From: Ilumatobacteraceae bacterium
GTDB taxonomy: Bacteria > Actinomycetota > Acidimicrobiia > Acidimicrobiales > Ilumatobacteraceae
Length of the DNA: 56,224 bases
Direction: 5' to 3'
NCBI GenBank assembly: GCA_049454855.1
Contig: JBMUAQ010000002.1
Coordinates: forward strand, 1 to 56,224
Shown here: positions 43,613-53,161 of the stretch, in pieces
Position numbering within the stretch: the first letter of the stretch is position 1
Layout: every line of letters begins with the position of its first letter
The notes under the pieces: generated by a model
The model's database searches: none
Seen by the model: only the letters and a program-made list of their open reading frames with translations
What the model was told of the DNA's origin: nothing
Position numbers and translations under genes: made by a program

Positions 43613-45922
43613 CTAGTTGGCGTCGACGGCGTGGAGGATCGCGCGCTCGATCTCGGTGCGGTACGGAGCGTCGACGATCTTGCCGCCGTCGACGTCGCAC
43701 ACGTAGAACGAGTCCACCACCTCGTTGCCGAGTGTCAGCACGCGGGCGTGGCGGATGTCGAGGCCGAGGTCGGCCATGGCCTTCGTGACCCGGTGGAGGA
43801 GGCCGAACCTGTCGGGTGCGCGCACCTCGAGGAACGTGGCGTTCGAGGATGCACTGTCGTCGAAGCGCACCGACGGTGCCGACGGCACATCGGCCGACAC
43901 AGCGCGGCGCGGTCTCACGGTGGCAGCACGCTCGGAGAGGCGCGAGCCGAGTGCGAGGCGGCCGCCGAGCGCACGCTCGAGGTTCGCCACCACCGGCTCC
44001 CACTCGATGGCGCCGCTGTAGCCGGGCACCACCCGGAACTGCGACGCCGCCATGCCCTGCTCGTCGGAGTGTGCCTCAGCCCCCAGCACGTCGAGGCCGT
44101 GCAGTGCCATCACCCCGGCAACCTTGCTGAAGGTTCCCGGTGCATCCGGGCTCACCACGGTGACACGGTCGGGCTCGGTGCGGATCGACACGGTTCCTCC
44201 CGCCATCATCTCAAGCACGTTCGCGTCGGGGAACAGGCGCCACACGACCTCCTGCACGTCCCCGCCACCCAGCACGTGACGCACGCGTTCCACCAGCGTC
44301 GACAGCAGCTCGGCCTTCCAGTCACTCCACGCCGACGGCCCGGTGGCAAGTGAGTCCGCCTCGGTGAGTGCGTGCAGAAGGTCGAGCACCGTCTGGGTGC
44401 CGACATTGCCGGCGACCATCGTGATGGTGGCATCGTCGCTGAGGTCGCGCCGAGTCGCAGTGTCGGCGAGCAGGAGATGGTGCTCGATCATCAACGACAC
44501 GATCTCCTGGTCGGCCTCGGTGAGACCCATGCGGGCGCCGAGCGTGCGCCACAGCTCCACACCCACCTCGGTGTGGTCGCCCGGGTAGCCCTTGCCGATG
44601 TCGTGCATCAGTGCACCGATCATCAGTAGGTCGGGCCGCGACACCCGCTCGACGAGACGTGCGGCGTTCGCGGCGGTCTGCCACAGGTGCCGGTCGACGG
44701 TGTAGCGGTGATAGGCGTTTCTTTGCGGCCGGCTGCGCACCGGTGCCCACTCCGGCAGCACCTTCACGATGAGGTTGCGCTGGTCGAGTGCCTCCAGCAC
44801 GGTGATGGCGGCCTCCCCCTCGAGCAGCAGTGCCACGAGATCGTCCGAGGCGCCGGCAGGCCATGGGTCGGGCCACACGGGTGCCGACGAGCCGAGCCGG
44901 TCGAGTGACGAGCGGTCGATGCGGGCGCGGTGCCGCGCCGCGGCAGTGGCCACGCGCAACAGGAGCGTGGGGTCAGAGACGTCCACGTCGTCGGCAAGAT
45001 GGATCTCACCGTTCACCAACTGCACACCGGGTGCGAGGTCGACGGGTACAGGCGAGCGACCGGCGGGCGGGTCGAGGCGCGCCCACGCCTCGTCGGCAAT
45101 CCATGCGACGCTCCGGCCGACACCGGCGATGGCGGCCATGAGGTCGTTGTCGCTCGCGTGACCGCACGCGGCCGCTACCGCTGCCTGGTCCTCGAGGCGG
45201 AGCGTCTCCACGGCACGACCCGACTGCCGGTGGAGAGCAACACGCACGGCGAGCAGCACGTCGTTGCACCGCTCGAGCTCGGCGGTGTCGGCCGCGCCGA
45301 GCGCGAGGCCCGCACGCACGGCCCACCCGAGGGTGTGGATGTCACGCAGACCGCCGAGACCCTCCTTCAGGTTCGGCTCCAGCATGAACGCAACCTCGCC
45401 GTGCTCCGCATGGCGCTCGCGCACCCGTTGGTGCAGCTCCACCAACCATTGCCCGCCGCGACGTGACCAGGATGCGGCCGCGTCCGCCACCACTGCGGCC
45501 GCGAGTGACTCGTTGCCCGCGAGGTGCCGTGCCGTCACGAGCGCGGTGGCGGTGTCGAGGTCGGTGGCGCACATCTGTGCGGTCTCCCTCGGGGTGCGCA
45601 CCGAGTGACCCAGCTTCAGTCCGGCATCCCACGCCGGGTACCAGATGCGCGAGGCGATGTCGGCGATGTTGCGCACACCGTCGTGCACCAGCAGGAGGTC
45701 GAGGTCGCTGTGCGGGGCGAGTTCCTCCCTGCCGTAGCCACCGACAGCCAGCAGCGCGATGCGGTCGGCCTTCTTCTCGCCCTCCACCGCGGCGGCGAAC
45801 ACGTCGCGCAGCCATGTGTCGGTGACGGCCGACAGGGCACGGCATGCCTCGATGCCCCTCAGTGAGAAATCGGAAATCACCTCCGCGCGTGCGGAGAGCG
45901 AGCGTGCAGGAGCGTCAGTCAC
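43613..45922 (-). CDS. glnD: [Protein-PII] uridylyl/adenylyl-transferase GlnD
   Basis: Trimmed to GTG (complement of 45920-45922). Nucleotidyltransferase motif AVGGYGREELAPHSDLDLLLVH, HD domain ALMHDIGKGYPGDH, and two C-terminal ACT-like segments. Confidence 0.85.
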   Translation of the reverse strand: MTDAPARSLSARAEVISDFSLRGIEACRALSAVTDTWLRDVFAAAVEGEKKADRIALLAVGGYGREELAPHSDLDLLLVHDGVRNIADIASRIWYPAWDAGLKLGHSVRTPRETAQMCATDLDTATALVTARHLAGNESLAAAVVADAAASWSRRGGQWLVELHQRVRERHAEHGEVAFMLEPNLKEGLGGLRDIHTLGWAVRAGLALGAADTAELERCNDVLLAVRVALHRQSGRAVETLRLEDQAAVAAACGHASDNDLMAAIAGVGRSVAWIADEAWARLDPPAGRSPVPVDLAPGVQLVNGEIHLADDVDVSDPTLLLRVATAAARHRARIDRSSLDRLGSSAPVWPDPWPAGASDDLVALLLEGEAAITVLEALDQRNLIVKVLPEWAPVRSRPQRNAYHRYTVDRHLWQTAANAARLVERVSRPDLLMIGALMHDIGKGYPGDHTEVGVELWRTLGARMGLTEADQEIVSLMIEHHLLLADTATRRDLSDDATITMVAGNVGTQTVLDLLHALTEADSLATGPSAWSDWKAELLSTLVERVRHVLGGGDVQEVVWRLFPDANVLEMMAGGTVSIRTEPDRVTVVSPDAPGTFSKVAGVMALHGLDVLGAEAHSDEQGMAASQFRVVPGYSGAIEWEPVVANLERALGGRLALGSRLSERAATVRPRRAVSADVPSAPSVRFDDSASSNATFLEVRAPDRFGLLHRVTKAMADLGLDIRHARVLTLGNEVVDSFYVCDVDGGKIVDAPYRTEIERAILHAVDAN

Positions 45923-46382
45923 GGGCGGCCTCCGCCCGGCGGCGTGTGATGACGGTCGCGGCCTTCCAGGCGCCCCACTCGATGCCGGCCCCGTGCACGT
46001 CCTGACCGAGATCGATCCAGGCGAGAGGTCCGAGGGCGTAGGTGTCATCGGGCATCGCGCGGGTGTCGAACTCGTCGCGAACCGGCGCAGCGACACCGAG
46101 CGCGGCGAGTTCCGCGTTCGCGAACCGCGAGGCGCTGCGGATCACGTGCAGCGGGTTCGAACGCTGCTCGTCGGGGTCGGTGGCGAGCAGCGTCGCGAGC
46201 GCGCCCGGCAGCCACGCCGACGCCGCTGCGACGGCTCTTTCCGTGGCCTCGTCGGCGCCGCGGGCACCACCGGCAATCTCCTTCATGCGTGCCCGCAGCC
46301 ACGCCGGGTGTGCGCGCACCACCGCGTCGAGCAGTGCCCGTGCGCGGGGGTCGAGTTCGGTGGACGGTGCCTGTGGGTCCAT
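45915..46382 (-). CDS. Hypothetical protein (155 aa) translationally coupled to glnD
   Basis: Trimmed to ATG (complement of 46380-46382). Its stop lies inside the glnD start region (GTGACTGA, 8-nt overlap). No motif I recognise. Confidence 0.55.
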   Translation of the reverse strand: MDPQAPSTELDPRARALLDAVVRAHPAWLRARMKEIAGGARGADEATERAVAAASAWLPGALATLLATDPDEQRSNPLHVIRSASRFANAELAALGVAAPVRDEFDTRAMPDDTYALGPLAWIDLGQDVHGAGIEWGAWKAATVITRRRAEAARD

Positions 46383-46484
46383 GGCTGGGGCGGAGTGTAG
46401 GGAGCGCCGGATGCGGGCCGAACGGGCGAAACAAACACGCAACAAAACTCGTGGCGTCATCCCGCACGCGGCAAGACTGCGTGC

Positions 46485-47300
46485 ATGTCAACCGCACTCG
46501 TGCTCGCCGGCGGCGGGGTCACCGGCATCGCGTGGGAGACCGGGGTGCTCCGTGCCCTCCGCGAGCGGGGTGTCGACCTGCCGAGGGATGCCGACACGAT
46601 CATCGGCACATCCGCGGGTTCCACCGTGGGGGCCCAGATAGCGACAGGCCGCGACGTGGACGACCTCTTCGGGCAGCAGATCGACGAGGTGCACAACGAG
46701 ATCTCGCCGCGCCTGGACGTGGATCTTCTCACCACGATCTTCGGCATGATGACCGACGGCTGCACCCGCAACGACAACGAACGACGGGCCATCGGCGAAC
46801 TCGCACTGCGCGCACCGACGGTGGATGAGCCCACTCGACGTGCCGTGATTGCCGGCCGAATCGGCACCGACGACTGGCCGCAGCGGCGGCTGGTGGTGAC
46901 CGCCATCGATGCAGCGACCGGCGGATTCGTGGAATGGGATGCGTCGAGCGGCGTGTCACTGGTGGATGCCGTGGCGAGCAGCTGCGCGGTGCCAGGGGTG
47001 TGGCCGTGCGTCACCATCAACGGCCGCCGCTACTACGACGGCGGTCTGCGCAACTCCGCGAACGCGTTCCTCGCGGCGGGGCACGACGACGTCTGGGTGC
47101 TCGCTCCCCTCACCGGCGGTGCATCACCCGCGGTGATGGAGGAGATCGAGTCGCTCCGTCGCGAAGGAGCCCGCGTTCGGTTCATCTCGGCTGATGACGC
47201 GGCGGTGGAGGCGATGGGCCCGAACTCCCTCGACCCGCGGTTCAGGCCTCCGGCAGCCGAGCACGGCCACCGCCAGGGGATGTTGTTCCGTCTCGACTGA
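46485..47300 (+). CDS. Patatin-like phospholipase
   Basis: Motifs LAGGGVTGIAWETG (oxyanion hole), GTSAGS (GxSxG), and the DGG dyad Asp in YYDGGLRN. Confidence 0.85.
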   Translation: MSTALVLAGGGVTGIAWETGVLRALRERGVDLPRDADTIIGTSAGSTVGAQIATGRDVDDLFGQQIDEVHNEISPRLDVDLLTTIFGMMTDGCTRNDNERRAIGELALRAPTVDEPTRRAVIAGRIGTDDWPQRRLVVTAIDAATGGFVEWDASSGVSLVDAVASSCAVPGVWPCVTINGRRYYDGGLRNSANAFLAAGHDDVWVLAPLTGGASPAVMEEIESLRREGARVRFISADDAAVEAMGPNSLDPRFRPPAAEHGHRQGMLFRLD

Positions 47301-47303
47301 CCG

Positions 47304-48512
47304 TCAGGAGCGGCGTGTCGTGCTGGCGGGCACGTCGCGGAACGGCATCTCGCGGTCGGTCTCGGGTTCCTTCGGGAGACCGAGGATGCGCTCACCGATG
47401 ATGTTCATCTGGATCTGGTCGGTGCCACCGCCGATGGAGAAGAAGTAGGCGTTCAGCTGCGAGTAGTTGTGCGCGGCGACGGTGCCGGACTCCTCTCCAC
47501 CGAGGGTTGCGTCCATGCCGAGGAGGTGCCCCTGGATGCGCGCCGCGTAATGGAGGATGCGCGCCATGTAGAGCTTGCCGAGCGACGCCAGAGGCGACGA
47601 CCCGCCGGCAGCCGATGCGGCGCGTGCACGCTCCCCGTTCCACTCGTTCGTCATGCGCATGCAGTGCAGCCGCATGAGTTCCTGGCGCACCTGCGGGTCG
47701 CCGTTCCTCCCCGTCCCGCGGGCGAGATCGAGCAGTGAGATGTCGGGCGACGGGATGTCGCCGTGTGCCGCAGCGGTGGCACCACGACGTGCGGTGCGCA
47801 CGGCGGGGCCGCGGCGTCCTCCGCCCATCGCGACGCGCTCGTACATGAGGGCCGTCTGCAGCACCCACCACCCGGCGTTCAGGTCGCCGAGACGGTGGGA
47901 GTCGTGCACGCGCGCGTCGGTGATGAACACCTCGTTGAAGCGGGAGTCGCCGGTGGCCTGGCGCAGCGGTCGTACCTCCACACCGGGCTGACGCATGGGG
48001 AACCAAAAAAAGGAGATGCCGCGGTGCTTGGGCTGGTCCCAGTCGGTGCGCGCGATCAGCATGCCGTAGTCGGCGTTCTTCGCACCGGAGGTCCACACCT
48101 TCTGGCCGTTCACCACCCACTCGTCGCCGTCACGCACCGCAGTGGTGCGGATGCCCGCCAGGTCAGAGCCCGCGCCGGGCTCGCTGTAGAGAAGACACAT
48201 CGCCACCTCGTCGAGCAGAAGCGGGCGCATGAACTCGTCGCGCAGGGAGTCACTGCCGAACGACACCATCGTGCCCGCCCACAGGTTCGTCTTGTCCTGT
48301 CCGGGGCCGGGAACCCCGCGCTCCGCGAAGAGTGCCTCCACTGCCGTGGCGTCATCTTCCGAGAGCTCCCGACCGTGCCACTTGCGCGGCCACCGGAGCG
48401 CGGCCCACCCGGCATCAATCACCGTCTCGCGCCATTCGTCGGGGTCGACGTCGGGACGCCAGTTCCTCTCGATGAACTCCTCGGCCTCGCGCAGAACTTC
48501 GCTCACGGTCAC
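47304..48512 (-). CDS. Acyl-CoA dehydrogenase
   Basis: GTG start preceded by GGGAGGAAG. Motifs YSEPGAGSDLAG, GQKVWTSGA, GGGTDQIQMNIIGERILGLP. Confidence 0.9.
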   Translation of the reverse strand: MTVSEVLREAEEFIERNWRPDVDPDEWRETVIDAGWAALRWPRKWHGRELSEDDATAVEALFAERGVPGPGQDKTNLWAGTMVSFGSDSLRDEFMRPLLLDEVAMCLLYSEPGAGSDLAGIRTTAVRDGDEWVVNGQKVWTSGAKNADYGMLIARTDWDQPKHRGISFFWFPMRQPGVEVRPLRQATGDSRFNEVFITDARVHDSHRLGDLNAGWWVLQTALMYERVAMGGGRRGPAVRTARRGATAAAHGDIPSPDISLLDLARGTGRNGDPQVRQELMRLHCMRMTNEWNGERARAASAAGGSSPLASLGKLYMARILHYAARIQGHLLGMDATLGGEESGTVAAHNYSQLNAYFFSIGGGTDQIQMNIIGERILGLPKEPETDREMPFRDVPASTTRRS

Positions 48513-48583
48513 TTCCTCCCGACAGGGCCGAATCTAGACCCCTCCCGCCGCGCCGCCACCTGTCGTGGGTGTCCCTGCCACTG

Positions 48584-49078
48584 TCAGGAGCGGAAGCGCA
48601 CCTGCTCGCCGCCAGCGGCCGTCCACGACCGCACCACCACCTGCCCGTCATGGACCTCCACCAGCGACGCTGATTCCAGGTGGAGTTCGAAGAAGTCCCC
48701 GCCGTCTGCGCCGCTGCCGTCGCCCACGGCCGACTCCAGCAGTGTGCGTGCATCGACCGGGGTGAGCACGGTCACTCTGCCCGACACCCGGGCGTCCCCC
48801 GAACCGGCCGGCAACTGCTCCTCGAGCGGGGCCGAATGCAGCGCGGCCCGTGGGTCACGCCGCAGGTCTGCAGCACGTACGGTGCCACCCATCATCCCGA
48901 ACCAGAGCCGGCCGGCGGTGAACCACACGTTCGTTCCGTTCAACCGGGCCGACCCGTCGCGGCGCAGCGTGGCGATCACGTGGTGGGGGTGCGAGCGGAA
49001 CCTCGCCTCGGCGGCGGCGGCGAGTGACGGCGCGTGTGCCGCGAACTCCGACCACGGAACGGCCGCGTCGCCCGTCAC
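48584..49078 (-). CDS. Pyridoxamine-5'-phosphate-oxidase-fold (FMN/F420-binding split-barrel) protein
   Basis: GTG (complement of 49076-49078) overlaps the upstream stop (GTGA). Contains HVIATLRRDGSARLNGTNVWF. Confidence 0.7.
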   Translation of the reverse strand: MTGDAAVPWSEFAAHAPSLAAAAEARFRSHPHHVIATLRRDGSARLNGTNVWFTAGRLWFGMMGGTVRAADLRRDPRAALHSAPLEEQLPAGSGDARVSGRVTVLTPVDARTLLESAVGDGSGADGGDFFELHLESASLVEVHDGQVVVRSWTAAGGEQVRFRS

Positions 49079-49983
49079 GCGAACAACCCCGAACAGAAGC
49101 GGACCGTCTCGCGCACGAGCACGTCGGGTGCCTCCCACGGCACGAAGTGGCCGACCCCGTCGAGGCGGTGCGGGCCGTCGATGCGGTCGAACACCACCGC
49201 GGCCATGCGGTCGAAGTCGGGGTAGATCACACGGTCGCTGGTGCCGAACAGGACCAGCGTGGGGGTGTGACCGTTGCGGCCGAACAGGGGACGTTCGGTG
49301 CGCTTCTCCGCGGAGAACGCGGACTCGTAGTTGCCGAACGACGCCCGGAGCCGGGCGGCATCGGCAAACGGCTCCGCATGCCACCGTGAATCCTCTGCCG
49401 TGAACGCGCCGGGGTGTGCCCAGTTGCGCGGGCCGTAGAACTGCTCCACGTACGCGATGCGCTTCTCCGCCGTGTCCAGTTCGGCAGCGAGGGCATCAGC
49501 GTCGGTGCCCTGGCGCACGAAGTAGTCGGCCGTCGCGGGGTCGGCGCGCGTCGCCATGCCCGCCATGCGCTCGCGGTCGTACGGCAGGGGCGAGTTGAAC
49601 ACCACCATGCGGTCCACCCATCCGGGGAAACGCAGCGCGCACTCCTGCACCACGGGGCCACCGAGATCGCCACCCATCAGCACCACGCTGCGGTGACCCA
49701 GCTCGTCACGCACCAGCGAATGGAGGTCGAGCGCGTGCGACACGACGTCGTTGAAACCGTCGGGGGCGACATCCGACTCACCGAAGCCGCGCAGGTCGGG
49801 CACCACCACGTCGAAGCCCGCATCCGCGAACCGCTGTGCGACCCGTGCATACAGGCGCTTCGTCTCCGGCCAGCCGTGCACGCACACGAGGACAGGGGCG
49901 TCGTCACGGCCCGACGGGAACAACCAGTGGGCCTGTGCGAAGCCGCGGCCGCGCGCGAACCGGGTGGGCGGCAGCCCGTTCAT
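49075..49983 (-). CDS. Alpha/beta hydrolase (epoxide-hydrolase/haloalkane-dehalogenase-like)
   Basis: Motifs VCVHGWPET, PDLRGFGESD, and MGGDLGG (Asp nucleophile position). Confidence 0.8.
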   Translation of the reverse strand: MNGLPPTRFARGRGFAQAHWLFPSGRDDAPVLVCVHGWPETKRLYARVAQRFADAGFDVVVPDLRGFGESDVAPDGFNDVVSHALDLHSLVRDELGHRSVVLMGGDLGGPVVQECALRFPGWVDRMVVFNSPLPYDRERMAGMATRADPATADYFVRQGTDADALAAELDTAEKRIAYVEQFYGPRNWAHPGAFTAEDSRWHAEPFADAARLRASFGNYESAFSAEKRTERPLFGRNGHTPTLVLFGTSDRVIYPDFDRMAAVVFDRIDGPHRLDGVGHFVPWEAPDVLVRETVRFCSGLFA

Positions 49984-50615
49984 GACGGGTTCGGACGGGC
50001 GGTGGTCATCGACAGCACCCCGAGCCCGATGAACAGGAACCCCGACACCCAGCGACGCATCACGTGCACTGCCCTCCCCCGCACCAGGCGGTCACGCAGG
50101 CGCGCCGCGAGCAGCACGTAGGAGGAATTGAACAGTGAGGCGAGCAGCACGAACACCGCCGCCAGCACCAGCGACTGCGTGGTTGCGCTGTCGGACGCGG
50201 GGTCGACGAACTGCGGGAAGACGGACAGGAAGAACAGGGCTGTCTTGGGGTTGAGCACGTTCACGAACACCCCCTGGCGGAACACGAGGGACCGGTCCAC
50301 GTGCGAGGTGTCCTCGGCAAGGGCGGGCGGCACCGTGAGCAGAGTGCGCACGCCCGTCCACACGAGATAGACGACCCCCACCCACTTGATCGACTCGAAC
50401 AGCGCCTGCGAGGTGGCGATCACGGCGCTCAGGCCCAGCGAAGCCAGCGTTGCCTGCAGGGCGTCACCCACCTCCAGGCCGGCCACGGCGGTGAGCCCGG
50501 CGGTGCGACCGTCGGCGAGGGTGCGGTTCAGCATGAAGATCACGGCCGGTCCGGGGATCAAAAGGAGCACCACGGTGGCCCCGATGAAGGCCAGGAGACT
50601 CGCTGTATCGGGCAC
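49980..50615 (-). CDS. LysE-family amino-acid exporter
   Basis: Trimmed to GTG (complement of 50613-50615). Motifs LLAFIGATVVLLLIPGPAV and NPKTALFFLSVFPQF. Its stop overlaps the next gene's ATG (ATGA). Confidence 0.8.
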   Translation of the reverse strand: MPDTASLLAFIGATVVLLLIPGPAVIFMLNRTLADGRTAGLTAVAGLEVGDALQATLASLGLSAVIATSQALFESIKWVGVVYLVWTGVRTLLTVPPALAEDTSHVDRSLVFRQGVFVNVLNPKTALFFLSVFPQFVDPASDSATTQSLVLAAVFVLLASLFNSSYVLLAARLRDRLVRGRAVHVMRRWVSGFLFIGLGVLSMTTARPNPS

Positions 50616-50691
50616 GGAATCGACTGTATCCGCACCCGTCCGCAACGGTCCCGCAACGAAACGGCCGCCTCCTGCGGTGCCCCCGGGAGGA

Positions 50692-50729
50692 TTAACGCTC
50701 CGTGTGCGCCCGTGTAACACACGCGAAAC
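50692..50729 (+). promoter_or_regulatory. Putative GlnR double box upstream of amt
   Basis: TTAAC-n6-TGTGC-n6-GTAAC-n6-GAAAC with exact 5-6-5-6-5-6-5 spacing. The distal pair GTAAC(50714-50718)-n6-GAAAC(50725-50729) matches the actinobacterial gTnAc-n6-GaAAc consensus. It ends 60 nt upstream of the amt ATG. Confidence 0.45.
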
Positions 50730-50789
50730 ACGGGCTTCCTAACTTGCCGGGCAGTCCCACCCGACCACCAACTTCCAGGGGAAACCAAC

Positions 50790-52353
<1,564 letters not shown>

Positions 52354-52384
52354 TTCGACGGGCCGCAGCAACGGGGCCCAGGGC

Positions 52385-53152
52385 TCAGTTGGCCAGTGAC
52401 CCGCCGTAGATCTGCCACGCCAGCAGGCTCTTCGCCACCAGGCTGAGCACCAGGTACGTCTTCTCGCCGTGCACGTAGTCGGCCCATCGGCCGGCACCGC
52501 GGTACTGCAGCCACTGGTTCAGGCCGAACGAGAAGAAGAGCACCTGCTCCACCACCACGATGAAGAACACGAACGTGGGGACCGTCTCGGCGCCCACCAC
52601 GTTCACCCAGATGCCGATCCACGGCAGGGCACCGGCGACCGTGCCGAACCAGAACGGCTTCATGTTCGTCGTGGTGCGGCCGGGCGGGTTCCCCGACTCC
52701 TGCAGCCACCCGAACAGGATCATGCCCACGTTCGCGCCGATCAAAGCGAGCACCGCGGTGATGTCGGTGATGCCCGAGTACGCCGCGATGAGAATCAGCA
52801 TCAGGGTGGCACTGAACGAGTACTCCACCCAGCGGAACCTGTTGATGCCGGCGCGCAGGCCTGTCTCGTAGCGGTCGCGCCACACGGTGGCGGTGAGCCC
52901 GTGGTCGAGCGCTGCGAGAAGGAGGAACAGCGCCACTGCCGGGCCGACCGGGAGGTCGAGGAACTCTGCCGGCGTGCCGAGCCGCGTGCCGGGAGGGCCC
53001 TCGGGGAAGTTGGAGGTGATGGTGATCGCGAAGTCACCCGCCATCACGGCAATGAGCACGGCCTGCGCGAGGTGCAGTGCCGCCAGCACGATGTTCCATG
53101 TGCGCAGGTTCGAGAGCCGCGCCGGGGGGATGTCGATGGTGCCCGTAGTCAT
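52385..53152 (-). CDS. Heliorhodopsin (7-TM retinal protein)
   Basis: 255 aa. Blocks shared with characterised heliorhodopsins: NRFRWVEYSFSATLM (Glu110, codon 52823-52825), MILFGWLQE, KPFWFGTVAGALPWIG, GEKTYLVLSLVAKSLLAWQIYGGSL (Lys241, AAG at 52430-52432). His27 and His84 are also present. Confidence 0.9.
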   Translation of the reverse strand: MTTGTIDIPPARLSNLRTWNIVLAALHLAQAVLIAVMAGDFAITITSNFPEGPPGTRLGTPAEFLDLPVGPAVALFLLLAALDHGLTATVWRDRYETGLRAGINRFRWVEYSFSATLMLILIAAYSGITDITAVLALIGANVGMILFGWLQESGNPPGRTTTNMKPFWFGTVAGALPWIGIWVNVVGAETVPTFVFFIVVVEQVLFFSFGLNQWLQYRGAGRWADYVHGEKTYLVLSLVAKSLLAWQIYGGSLAN

Positions 53153-53161
53153 GGACCCAAA

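Noticed and set aside
52354-52384. Possible shared terminator between glnK and the heliorhodopsin (GGGCC...GGCCC)
   Set aside because: The stem is only about 5 bp with a 10-nt loop and no U-tract. It is too weak to call from sequence alone.
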